From NCBI GenBank assembly GCA_964641665.1, contig CAZXKO010000038.1, positions 118,271 through 182,270 of the forward strand: DNA of 64,000 nucleotides. Reading direction: 5' to 3'. Source of the stretch: an uncultured Acidobacteriaceae bacterium (GTDB taxonomy: Bacteria; Acidobacteriota; Terriglobia; Terriglobales; Acidobacteriaceae). Position numbers and translations under genes: made by a program. The notes under the pieces are model-generated. The model was not told the DNA's origin, did not search any database, and was given only the letters and a program-made list of their open reading frames with translations. Numbering within the stretch: the first letter of the stretch is position 1; each line of letters opens with the position of its first letter. Below are positions 36,246 through 45,153 of this stretch, in pieces.

Positions 36246-39200
36246 CTATCGGTGGGAGGCTTGCGGGGTGGGGATGAGTTCTTCCCGCTCCACAGTTTCG
36301 CGACTCAGGTAGTAGTGCACCGCGGGGGTGATGATCAGCGACAGCACCATCGAGATCAGGATGCCGCCGATGACCGCGATGGCGAGCGGTTGCAACATCT
36401 GCGAACCGGCGCCGATGGCGAAGGCCAGCGGCAACATGCCGGCCATGGTCGCGAGAGCGGTCATGACGATGGGGCGAAGCCGGCGGCGTGCCGACTGCAG
36501 CATGGCGTCGTTTGCGGCCATGCCCAGGCGCCGGAACTTCTGATCAGCGTCGAGCAGCAGGATGCCGTTCTTGGCGACGATGCCTACGACCATGATCATG
36601 CCCATGAACGACGACACGTTGAACGTGGTGCGGGTGACCAGCAGGGCGATGAAGACTCCGGATGTCGAGAGCAGCGCCGAGGCGAGGATGGCCACGGGCG
36701 CCGCGAAAGTTCCGAATTCGAACAGCAGAACGATGAACACCAGCAGGATGGCGAGGATGAACACCATCACCAGGTCGTGAAACGACTTCTGCTGCTCTTC
36801 GTAGCGGCCGCCGTATTCCACACGAATGCCAGCCGGCAAGTGCAGCTGGGTAACGGTCTTTTGCACGGCGTCCATGGCGCTGCCCAGATCGACGCCTTCG
36901 AGGCGGGCGGTCACGGCGACGTCGCGCTGCAGGTTCTCGCGGCGGATTTCGTTTTGTCCAGGAAGTTCGGTGACGGTGGCGAGCGCGCCCAGCGTCGCGG
37001 TGTGCGCGGTGCTGCTGGTGAGCAGCGTGTCGCGCATGGCTTCGAGCGAGGCGCGATTGCTTTGCGGAAAACGCACGCGCAGGGTGTAGGCGCGGTCGTT
37101 GGCTACGACCGGTGTCGGCGCGGGTTCGCCTTCCAGGATGGCGGCCGCGTCGGTGGCGACTTCCTCAGCGGAGAATCCGGCGCGCGCGGCCACGCTCGGG
37201 TCCACCTGAAAAACTACTGCCGGCCCGCTGACCGTGTTGTCGATGCCGTTCAGCACATCGACGACGCCCTGAATTTTCGAGATGTTGTCGGCGACCTTCG
37301 GCGCCCACTCCGCCAGAACGTTGGGGTCCGGGGAAAAGAGTTTGATTTGAATGGGCTCGGGTGCGCTGGTGAGGTCGTCGATCATGTCCTGCAGCACCTG
37401 GGTGAATTCAACGTCGACGGCCGGTTCTTTCGCTTTGATTTCGGCGCGGACGTCAGCGATGACGTCATCGATGGCGCGGTCGCGTTTGTCCTTGAGCTTG
37501 ACGGAAATATCGCCGGTGTTGGCTTCGGTGACGGCGGCCAGGCCCAACTGCATGCCCGTCCGCCGCGAAGTGCTTTCGACCTCAGGGATCTCGTGCAGCA
37601 TCTGCTCGATGTGGCTGATGACGCGGTTGGTTTCGGCGAGCGAACTGCCTGCGGGCATGATGTAGTCGACGACGAAACCACCCTCATCCATCTCGGGCAG
37701 GAGATCGGAACCGGAGAAGCGATAGCAGATGTAGGACACTGCGATCAGGACCACGCTCAGAATTGCCAGCCACACCGGGCCGGCGACGGCGCGGCGCAAC
37801 CAGCGTTCGTGGAATGAGACGATGCGCTGGAAAAAGCCGCTCAGGTGCGCGTCTTCGGCGGCCAGCAGGCGGGAGATGGATTCTTCTTCGGGTTCTGTAG
37901 AGGCCTCGTCCGTGTCCTTCTTGCGCTTCCCGATGAAGTAGAGGCTCAGGTTCGGCGTCCAGGTCAGGGCCAGCGCAAGCGAGGTCAGCAGAGACACGGT
38001 CATGGTGATGGCCAGCGCGCGGAAGAAGGTGCCGGTTACACCCGTGATCGAAATCAGGGGGAGGAAAACCACGACTGGGGTGATCGTGGAACCGATCAGG
38101 GGAACGGTGATTTCCTGCAGCGCGCTATGGATGGCCTGGGTACGATTTTGCCCGGCGTCACGGTGCAGAACGATATTTTCGACGACCACGATGGCGTCGT
38201 CGATGACCAGACCGACCGCGGCCGCCAGACCGCCCAGGGTCATCAGGTCGAAGCTTTCGCCGAGGACCTTCAGCGCGATGAAGGTCACCAGAACCGTGAC
38301 CGGGATGACGAGTCCGGCGACGATCGAGGTGCCCCAGTCTCGCAGGAAGACGACCAGGATGATCGAGGCGAGGATCAGACCGAGCAGGATGGCGTCGCGC
38401 ACGCTCCGGATCGATTGCCCGACGATGATGGATTGATCGTAGAACGGGCGCAGTTCGATGCCCGGGGGCAAAGATTGCTGGATGCGCGCGACTTCTGCGT
38501 GCACCTCGTCGGCGACCTGCACCGTGTTGCTGTCGGGCTGGCGGTTGATGTTCAGCAGAATTGCCGGTTTGCCGTTGGCGTTGACGATGGTGTAAACGGG
38601 CTTGACGCCGTGCGTGACGCTGGCGATATCGCCGATACGGACCGGGATGCCCGCCGGAGTGGTCTTGATGACGGTGGCGGCGATCTGCTCGGGCGTGCGT
38701 ACCTGGGCGTTGATGAGGCCTAGCACCAACTGGTGGTTGCGCTCGATCAGGCCGGGCGAGTCGACGAGATTGGTGCGGCGGACGGCCTCGAGAATGTCAG
38801 GCACGGTGATCCCGGCGAGCTGGAGTCGTGCCGGGTCGGGAGTGATGTAGAACTCCGGCTCCTGGCCTCCCTGCACGAGAACGGTAGACACACCGTCCAG
38901 ACGATTGAGACGCGGCTTGATTTCATAAGTCGCCATCTCCCACAGCCTGGTCGGCGGCATGTTTTCGGACGTCAGGCTGTAGCCAAGGATGGGAAAGCTG
39001 GCGAAGGTCATGCGATGGGCTTCGATCTTCGCGGTGGCGGGGAGTTCGGGCTGGACGCGGGAGATCGCCGCATTCACGTATTGCAGCGTCTGGAACATGT
39101 CGATGTCCCAGCGGAAGAACAGGTCAACTTCAGCGGAGCCTCGGCTCGTAATGGAGCGGACCTGGAGCAGGCCGGGAACGCTATTGACGGTTTCTTCAAT

Positions 39201-39410
39201 GGGGCGGGTGATGGTGACCATCATCTGGTCGATGGGCATCACGCCGTTGTCGACCGCGATCAGGATGCGGGGAAAGTTCGTCGACGGAAACACGGATACC
39301 GGAATCGTGAAGGCGAGGTAGGCCCCCAGCAGGGCGAGCGTCAGGATCAGGAAGATCACCGAGCGGGAGTGCTTGGCGAACCAGTACGAGTTGTCGGTGT
39401 GATTCGACAC
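36246..39410 (-). CDS. efflux RND transporter permease subunit
   Basis: 1054 aa, 12-TM AcrB/CzcA-type architecture with two large periplasmic loops. Confidence 0.95.
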   Translation of the reverse strand: MSNHTDNSYWFAKHSRSVIFLILTLALLGAYLAFTIPVSVFPSTNFPRILIAVDNGVMPIDQMMVTITRPIEETVNSVPGLLQVRSITSRGSAEVDLFFRWDIDMFQTLQYVNAAISRVQPELPATAKIEAHRMTFASFPILGYSLTSENMPPTRLWEMATYEIKPRLNRLDGVSTVLVQGGQEPEFYITPDPARLQLAGITVPDILEAVRRTNLVDSPGLIERNHQLVLGLINAQVRTPEQIAATVIKTTPAGIPVRIGDIASVTHGVKPVYTIVNANGKPAILLNINRQPDSNTVQVADEVHAEVARIQQSLPPGIELRPFYDQSIIVGQSIRSVRDAILLGLILASIILVVFLRDWGTSIVAGLVIPVTVLVTFIALKVLGESFDLMTLGGLAAAVGLVIDDAIVVVENIVLHRDAGQNRTQAIHSALQEITVPLIGSTITPVVVFLPLISITGVTGTFFRALAITMTVSLLTSLALALTWTPNLSLYFIGKRKKDTDEASTEPEEESISRLLAAEDAHLSGFFQRIVSFHERWLRRAVAGPVWLAILSVVLIAVSYICYRFSGSDLLPEMDEGGFVVDYIMPAGSSLAETNRVISHIEQMLHEIPEVESTSRRTGMQLGLAAVTEANTGDISVKLKDKRDRAIDDVIADVRAEIKAKEPAVDVEFTQVLQDMIDDLTSAPEPIQIKLFSPDPNVLAEWAPKVADNISKIQGVVDVLNGIDNTVSGPAVVFQVDPSVAARAGFSAEEVATDAAAILEGEPAPTPVVANDRAYTLRVRFPQSNRASLEAMRDTLLTSSTAHTATLGALATVTELPGQNEIRRENLQRDVAVTARLEGVDLGSAMDAVQKTVTQLHLPAGIRVEYGGRYEEQQKSFHDLVMVFILAILLVFIVLLFEFGTFAAPVAILASALLSTSGVFIALLVTRTTFNVSSFMGMIMVVGIVAKNGILLLDADQKFRRLGMAANDAMLQSARRRLRPIVMTALATMAGMLPLAFAIGAGSQMLQPLAIAVIGGILISMVLSLIITPAVHYYLSRETVEREELIPTPQASHR

Positions 39411-39415
39411 GAGTT

Positions 39416-40915
39416 CTATTTGTCGTCCTTCTTGTCGTCTTTTGCGTCCGGATTGTCTTTCGCGTCGGAAGCGCCGGGTTTCTTCTCACCGGACGCGGCG
39501 GGCGCCTCGATGGTCACCTTGGTGTTGTCGGGCAGGCCGTAAGCGCCCGAGGTAATGACGCGATCTCCGGCGTGAATGCCGTCGGCAATCTGAACGCGAT
39601 CCCCATCGTGGATACCCGTCTTCACGGTTGTCTGGTGGGCGTGATTGTCCGTGCCGACGATCATCACGGTCGTTATGCCATCCTGCGCGATAAGTACCGA
39701 GGCGGCCGGCACAGCGACCGCGTCTTTCACGGTTTGCGCCAGCATGGAAACTTGCACGCTGGTGCCGGGCTTTAAACGCTGCTTGGGATTTGCCGCCTGC
39801 ACCCAGACTTCGACGGTGGTGCTGTTGGGATCGAGGGCCGGGCTGATGACAGTGACCTTGCCCTCGACGGGGTCGTCTTCTCCGGGGGCGGCGAGAGTGG
39901 CGGGGTCGCCGAGTTTCAGCAGGGCGGCGTCGGGCTGGGGGATGTGGGCCTTGGCGATGACGTGCGAAATGTCCATGACGGTGATGAGAGGAGTGCCGGC
40001 GGCGGCCATCTCACCGGGGTAGAGCGGGCGATCGGTGACGAAGCCGTCGATGGGGCTGCGGATCTCGGAGTAGCTGAGCTGCGCTTCGGCTCCCATGGAC
40101 TTGCCCTTGGCGGCCTGCAGTTGGCCGGCTGCGGACTTGAGTTCTTGCTGTTTGCCGATGGCCTGGAGAGCGTCGAAGTGCTTCTTCGCAAGCTCGTACT
40201 GGTTGCGGGCCTGGGTGAGGTCGACGCCGGCCTGGTCGAGTTCCTTGCGGGGCAGGGCGCCCTGTTGGAAGAGCTCTTCGCGGCTGTGGAAGACCTTCTC
40301 CTGGGCGTCGAGGAGTTTCTTGGCCGCCTCGGTGTCGAACTGCGCTTTCTGCATTTCTTCGGGAAGGCTGGCGGCGGTGGTGGTTTCGTAGGCTGCTTGA
40401 GCCTGGGCGAGGTTGCCTTTGTTCTCTTCGGTCGAGGCAGTCAGGTCGCGGTTCTCGAGGACGGCGAGGAGTTGGTCCTTGTGCACTCGGTTGCCGCGGT
40501 TGACGTAGAAGGTGCGGACGGGGGCGCTGATCTTGGGTGTGATCGCGGCTTGCTGCAGGGGGAAGAGAATGGCCTGCGCGGTGATGGTCTGGTGGAGGGT
40601 GGCTTTCTCGGCGGCGACCGCTTGCACGGAGACAGCGGCTTCTTCCTTGGTTTCCTTGGAGCAGGCGGAGGAGAAGAGCAAGGCGGCGAGGGCGAGATAG
40701 ATCGTGTAGGCCCAGACGCCCTCGTCTGGGCGGCCGGGCGGCTGCCCGGCATTTTGTTTGCGGGCGTGCGCGGTATGTTCGCAGCGAAAACCGGCGGAGC
40801 TGCGCTCCGGTGGGCAGACGAGGGCGTCTGCGCCTACGCGAGCCGGAGCGTCTGCCCCTACGCGGGTTGGGGCGTTTGTCCCGATGCGGGTTGTGGCGCG
40901 GCGGACGAGATTCAT
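39416..40915 (-). CDS. efflux RND transporter periplasmic adaptor (MFP) with an unusual ~70-aa N-terminal extension
   Basis: Lipoprotein-like LALAALLFSSAC, coiled-coil hairpin and beta-barrel regions. The ATG overlaps the TolC stop by 1 nt (TAATG). K/D-rich C-terminal tail. Confidence 0.9.
   Translation of the reverse strand: MNLVRRATTRIGTNAPTRVGADAPARVGADALVCPPERSSAGFRCEHTAHARKQNAGQPPGRPDEGVWAYTIYLALAALLFSSACSKETKEEAAVSVQAVAAEKATLHQTITAQAILFPLQQAAITPKISAPVRTFYVNRGNRVHKDQLLAVLENRDLTASTEENKGNLAQAQAAYETTTAASLPEEMQKAQFDTEAAKKLLDAQEKVFHSREELFQQGALPRKELDQAGVDLTQARNQYELAKKHFDALQAIGKQQELKSAAGQLQAAKGKSMGAEAQLSYSEIRSPIDGFVTDRPLYPGEMAAAGTPLITVMDISHVIAKAHIPQPDAALLKLGDPATLAAPGEDDPVEGKVTVISPALDPNSTTVEVWVQAANPKQRLKPGTSVQVSMLAQTVKDAVAVPAASVLIAQDGITTVMIVGTDNHAHQTTVKTGIHDGDRVQIADGIHAGDRVITSGAYGLPDNTKVTIEAPAASGEKKPGASDAKDNPDAKDDKKDDK
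40824..40895. repeat. 24-nt tandem repeat x3 inside the 5' end of the MFP gene
   Basis: gcgtctgcgcctacgcgagccgga / gcgtctgcccctacgcgggttggg / gcgtttgtcccgatgcgggttgtg. Encodes RIGTNAPT-RVGADAPA-RVGADALV on the minus strand. Confidence 0.8.
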
Positions 40916-42327
40916 TAGAAGCTCCCCGTCAGGGTTTGCAATGTGGCAATCGACAGGCGGTAGCGGGCCTGGCCGTCAGCATACGCGTTGCGGGCCTGGG
41001 TGCGCGTGTTCTGCGCGTCGACGACTTCGAGGACCGTCGACTCGCCGGCCTGGTAGCGCATGGTGGTGAGGCGCAGACTGTCGTCGGCGAGTTCGGCGGA
41101 CTGGCTGAGCGAATCGAGTTCGGCGCGCGAGGTTTCGGCCTCGGCGTAGAAGGCGCGCAGGTTGCTGATCGCCTGACGCTGGGCAAAGCTTAACTCGACG
41201 CGGGCCTGGTTGCGGCGCAGGTCGGCCTGCTTCAGCTTGCTGATGTTGGCGCCCCAGCTCCAGAGGGGGATCTGAATGCTGGCCACGATGGAGGATCCCA
41301 GATTATTTACGAATTGATTCGCGACGGGATCGAACTGGCGGGTGGCGAAGTGGCTGGAGTCGATGCCATAGAAGTAGTCGACGCTGGCCGAGGGGAGCAA
41401 GCCGCTCCAGGCGCTGGTGACGTCGTGCTTGGCGACCTGGAGGGCAGCCACGGCTGCGCGCAGTTCCGGATTCTTTTGCGCGGCCATGGCCTGCACTTCA
41501 GGGTACTGGGGGAGGGACACGGGCATCTGCAGATCGTCGACCACGTTGAAATTCTCGTTGAAATCGGGAAAGAGCAGGACGGCGAGTTCGAGGCGGCTTT
41601 TTCCCATGCCGAGTCGGGATTCCTGCAGGTCGCGCTGCTGCTGCTCGAACTGGAGGCGCGCCTTGATTACGTCGGAGTGCGCGACCTCGCCGCCTTTTTC
41701 GAGTTTCTGACTGATGTCGAGGAATTTTCTGGCTTCTTCGGCGGCGAGTTGTTCAGTTCCGTACTTGCGCTGGGCGACGACCAGTCCGTAGTACGACTGA
41801 ACAATTGTGACGACCAGGCCGCGAGCGGCGATCTCGGCGCGGGCTTTCGCCAGAGCTTCGGCGGCGGCGGCGCGGCGATAGTCGCCGTATGCGGCGAGCG
41901 AGAATACCTGGTGAACGTTGCCTTGGCTGAGGTATTCGTGGACGCCGTTGTTGGCGATGTAGGCCGCGGTGTTGGAGCGGGTGCCGTTACCCTGCGAGTA
42001 AATGAAGTCGGTGTTGTAGTTGACGTTGGGAAGAAGTCCGGCACGGCCCTGCACGCGGTCTTCGTGGGCGAGGCCAAGCTCGGTGAGCGCGGCACGAAAG
42101 TCGGGGCTGTTGGCCTGGGCGCGTTGGAGCGCGTCCTGAAGGGTGAGGGTGACAGGGGCGGCTGCGGACTGTGCGTTGGGACCTGTGGCTGGCGGGGCCG
42201 GTTCATTCTGGGCGAGCGCGGTGAGGCCGAGGGCCAGCGTCGCAAGAAGCAGGGGCCAAAGTTTGAGTTCGAATGATGCGCCCGAGGCGCGAGCGATTTT
42301 CATGTCCACCCTCACGATTTCAGTCAC
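40915..42327 (-). CDS. TolC-family outer membrane efflux protein
   Basis: 470-aa ORF with two-repeat TolC architecture. The likely start is ATG 42303 (MKIARAS..LLLATLALGLTALAQ signal). Confidence 0.9.
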   Translation of the reverse strand: MTEIVRVDMKIARASGASFELKLWPLLLATLALGLTALAQNEPAPPATGPNAQSAAAPVTLTLQDALQRAQANSPDFRAALTELGLAHEDRVQGRAGLLPNVNYNTDFIYSQGNGTRSNTAAYIANNGVHEYLSQGNVHQVFSLAAYGDYRRAAAAEALAKARAEIAARGLVVTIVQSYYGLVVAQRKYGTEQLAAEEARKFLDISQKLEKGGEVAHSDVIKARLQFEQQQRDLQESRLGMGKSRLELAVLLFPDFNENFNVVDDLQMPVSLPQYPEVQAMAAQKNPELRAAVAALQVAKHDVTSAWSGLLPSASVDYFYGIDSSHFATRQFDPVANQFVNNLGSSIVASIQIPLWSWGANISKLKQADLRRNQARVELSFAQRQAISNLRAFYAEAETSRAELDSLSQSAELADDSLRLTTMRYQAGESTVLEVVDAQNTRTQARNAYADGQARYRLSIATLQTLTGSF

Positions 42328-42600
42328 TTAGCATACCGAATCGAACATTAAGAAAAGCTGAAAGCTTGGGCCGCGAGTTCGGAGGGTTAGGGCGGATTAA
42401 TGGGCGCGGTTTCATTCCGGATTTCGAGGGCAGGAATGCAGCCCGAAATGAATTCTCTCGCAGCCATCGTTCGAAGAGGTCCGAGGACGCAAACGCTGGC
42501 ATCCATTGGTCTTTGTCCAATCGAGCGGAGGAGCGAAGGTTTGGCGAAGGGTGTGCATCCAGGGGAGGCGTTCGGAACGAAATCAGGAGCGGTAATAAAC

Positions 42601-42843
42601 ATGATCAATCTGGAAGCCATCAAAATTACTCCCCGGGACGAGGAAGTCTTGCGGCTGCTTGCGCAAGGATGCAGCAACAAGGAAATCGCCGGACATCTCA
42701 ACATCAGCCCACGCACCGTGAAGCAACACCTGCGCACGCTGTTCCTGCGCGCCGGGATCACCGAGGGGCGCAAACGAGTGAAGTTGGCCACCGCCATGTA
42801 CGTCAAAGAGGAGATGGAATCATGCAGCCCTGCGATCAGCTAA
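42601..42843 (+). CDS. LuxR/GerE-type HTH mini-protein A2
   Basis: AGGAG RBS; 80 aa: [56 protein letters not shown]. The ORF is open from 42400, but the upstream part looks non-coding. Confidence 0.8.
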   Translation: MINLEAIKITPRDEEVLRLLAQGCSNKEIAGHLNISPRTVKQHLRTLFLRAGITEGRKRVKLATAMYVKEEMESCSPAIS

Positions 42844-43103
42844 CACGAAAAGAAATTCAGGTTGCCACGCTCGTCTGGGAAGGTCTGACGAACCGGGACA
42901 TCGCGAAAATTATCGGGACCACGGAGCAGGTGGTGAAGAACTACTTGCGGACTGCGTTCGACAAGCTGGGAGTTTGGAGCCGGCTGGAATTGGCGCTCTA
43001 TATTGCCAGCCACGGGGGCGTGAACTGGGTAACGGAACTCGGGCTGGACGTGGAACCGGCGGCCGAGCACGAGTTGAGCCGGGTGGCTTACGCGGGGAGG
43101 TAG
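42822..43103 (+). CDS. LuxR/GerE-type HTH mini-protein B2
   Basis: GAGGAG RBS; the ATG lies 22 nt before the A2 stop. 93 aa: [52 protein letters not shown]. Confidence 0.8.
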   Translation: MQPCDQLTRKEIQVATLVWEGLTNRDIAKIIGTTEQVVKNYLRTAFDKLGVWSRLELALYIASHGGVNWVTELGLDVEPAAEHELSRVAYAGR

Positions 43104-43184
43104 AAGCTCGCCGAGCCCGACGCGAGAGCGGTGTTGGTGGGGCTCGGGCGGCTGCTGAAACCATTGATTTGAATCTCGGAACTT

Positions 43185-43525
43185 CAGCGGCTTAAAGCCG
43201 CGTTCAAGACTCGGAGCTGACAGCCCCGCTTGAAGCCAGGCCCCTCATGAAACCGAGCAGCGTCGAGGCTCTGCCCCAGGGCTGTATTCGGAGACTCGCT
43301 TGAATCCCGGAGCGCACCTCAGCGGCTAAAGCCGCCCTCAAAACCGAGCGCTTACGGCCCGGCTGAAGCCGGGCCCTTTCAAGACCAGGTGAGCTCGGAG
43401 TCTTACCGCGGGCTGGTAAAGGCGCGATCTGGCAGTCCCATTCTTCCGAGAGCGGTGCGGGGCAGCGGCCGAAGCCGGTCAATTTTCGTGCGGTTGCGGT
43501 GCGTCTGAAGACGCGCCCTGATACG
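43185..43525. repeat. array of degenerate REP-like hairpins (stem-YTRAA-stem followed by TTCAAGAC-like tail)
   Basis: cagcggcttaaagccgcgttcaagac (43185), cagcggctaaagccgccctcaaaac (43320), cggcccggctgaagccgggccctttcaagac (43355), gcgtctgaagacgc (43501), plus weaker copies at 43221 and 43463. Paired units recur about every 135-143 nt. Confidence 0.65.
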
Positions 43526-43566
43526 AACCCGGATACGAGGCCTGCGCGTTTTTCGGCAGCACCCTG

Positions 43567-44220
43567 CTAGGGGCGGGCGCTGGCTAGGGTATCGAGATAG
43601 CGCTTCAGCTGCTCGCGGTCGTCGGTCTTGATTTCTTCGAATTGGATGCCGACGCCGGAGCCGGGGCGGGCGGCGGCGACTCTGCCGACAGCCCAGACCT
43701 TCTTGTCTTGGATCCACAGGGCGAGCCGAACTTTCGTTCCCTCTTTCAGGGTGCTCGACATTTCGACGAAGCAGCCGCCCAGGCTGATGTCAGAGACGCG
43801 TCCCCAGATCCGGCTTTCCTGACTGGCGGGGTGGATTTCGACCGAGAGCGAGCAGCGGCGGCGAGGGTGCTGGCGGCGCTCATTGAGAGAACGGGCGCGG
43901 ACGAGATCTTCAGTGGTGGCCGGGAGGGGGAAATCCCAGATGATTTCCTCGGATTTAACGCTCTGCAAGCCGGCGAGATTTTGCTGCGGAGTGGCGGGGG
44001 TGCCGATCCAGCGGACTTCGTAGCGGCTCTTGGACTTCCCGTAGACGATGCCGATGACCTCGCCCACCTTGAGCTGGGTCCTGACCTCGATGACCATGGC
44101 TCCGGCGCGGCTGACGTTTACGGTGAAGACATTTTCGTTGAAGGTTTTTCCGGCGGCGTCGGTTCCGAAGATTCGGACGGGGACCCGGATGTCCTTGCGC
44201 GGCTCCCGGCGGCTAACCAT
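43567..44220 (-). CDS. PilZ domain protein (degenerate N-terminal + canonical C-terminal PilZ)
   Basis: C-terminal RRQHPRRR ... DISLGGCFV (RxxxR / DxSxxG). The N-terminal domain has RKDIRVPV but NVSRAG. Confidence 0.8.
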   Translation of the reverse strand: MVSRREPRKDIRVPVRIFGTDAAGKTFNENVFTVNVSRAGAMVIEVRTQLKVGEVIGIVYGKSKSRYEVRWIGTPATPQQNLAGLQSVKSEEIIWDFPLPATTEDLVRARSLNERRQHPRRRCSLSVEIHPASQESRIWGRVSDISLGGCFVEMSSTLKEGTKVRLALWIQDKKVWAVGRVAAARPGSGVGIQFEEIKTDDREQLKRYLDTLASARP

Positions 44221-44537
44221 GACAGAAACGGCGATCCTCCTGGGCCGGGCTTGGAATGGATGAGTGCGGCCCGGTCTGCCTGAAATGTTAGTCCAAGGCA
44301 GGCGATGTGCCTAGTAGCGAGGCGCGTAACCGCAGAGCGATCCCGGTTCTGGGAACAATCTGCAAATTGTTGCATTTCAGGTTGCTTGGTGAGATCAGAA
44401 ACAGAGCGAAGTTTCTTTCCCGGCAATCGTTTTGCGAAGTTTGGGAGAGGTCATACAATTGCACAATCAGGATCGACGTCTGTCGACTTGTTCTTCCCAG
44501 GGCGAGTCGAGACCTAGACCTGAGGCGAGGTAGGCAA

Positions 44538-44960
44538 ATGGCGTACAAGGAAACTTTCTGGATGGCTTGCGACTCGACCGAGCAGTTGCGGGCTGAATTC
44601 GGACCCTTCCATACCCGCGTGGAGGCTGAGTCGGAAGCCAGAAAGCTGGGCTTTGGTTACCTCCTGCGTTACGAACACATGATCGGTCCGAACGAAGAAA
44701 TCGAGGAAGTCCGGTGCATTTTCATTGAGCTACCGGATGGACCCAAACAGGCCCCGAGCGCCCAGACCAAGCTTCGGACCCAGCTCCATACGCGCTGCGC
44801 CACCTGCGGGGAGTCGGCGGTCCACGACGAACCTTGGCAGGCGGAAGTCTGGGCGGACATCCACGAGTTCGAACACTCGCGACACATGGTCCGGCTTTTC
44901 GAGCACACGTTCGGGGATGGGATGAAGGAAATCGCGGACTGGCGGGGAAGCGCGGCGTAG
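44538..44960 (+). CDS. hypothetical protein
   Basis: 140 aa starting at MAYKETFWMACD, followed by a strong terminator. No family recognised. The ORF is open from 44307. Confidence 0.5.
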   Translation: MAYKETFWMACDSTEQLRAEFGPFHTRVEAESEARKLGFGYLLRYEHMIGPNEEIEEVRCIFIELPDGPKQAPSAQTKLRTQLHTRCATCGESAVHDEPWQAEVWADIHEFEHSRHMVRLFEHTFGDGMKEIADWRGSAA

Positions 44961-44987
44961 CCAGGCCGGAGTTTCAGATTTGATTCT

Positions 44988-45024
44988 CGAAGGCCCCGAC
45001 CAAGATCGGGGCCTTCGTGTTTTT
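44988..45024 (+). terminator. rho-independent terminator
   Basis: Perfect 12-bp stem cgaaggccccga / tcggggccttcg, 6-nt loop, then tgttttt. Confidence 0.8.
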
Positions 45025-45127
45025 GGGAGTTCTTGAGGCATGGGCAGGATCGTGCGGCTGCCGCCGGGCTACCCATGGCTGAGATACCCAGGTTAGGGCC
45101 CAAATGCTTAAGCTTTGCAAAAAAACC

Positions 45128-45149
45128 GGGGTACGTCCCGTCTGTCCCC
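45128..45149 (+). repeat. short repeat copy 1 (core CCGTCTGTCCC)
   Basis: gggtacgtcccgtctgtcccc. The core is shared with the copies at 46117-46138 (inverted) and 46161-46180. Confidence 0.7.
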
Positions 45150-45153
45150 ATGT

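Noticed and set aside
36228-37817. Long ORFs antisense to, or out of frame within, well-supported genes. Examples: 36228-37817 (529 aa, opposite the RND gene), 47890-49515 (541 aa, opposite pgl/glk), 58990-60414 (474 aa, opposite TolC), 4904-6130, 14473-15273, 14754-15914, 18012-19100, 21899-23152, 22128-23372, 26782-27684, 39944-40918, 41314-42276, 51874-52947, 53944-54984.
   Set aside because: Their translations are low-complexity and rich in R/G/A/P or D/G/H, typical of stop-poor alternative frames in GC-rich DNA. In every case the partner frame has clear family motifs. No independent support exists.
39416-40915. Twin-arginine (Tat) signal in the adaptor N-terminus (MNLVRRATTRIG).
   Set aside because: The RR lies about 60 residues from the hydrophobic segment and lacks the S/T-R-R-x-F-L-K context, so it is not a plausible Tat signal.
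43185-43525. Possible CRISPR array, because of regularly recurring short palindromic units.
   Set aside because: The units are degenerate in sequence and length, the spacing is irregular at the single-unit level, the would-be spacers are themselves related, and no cas genes or leader are present. A REP/BIME-like interpretation fits better.
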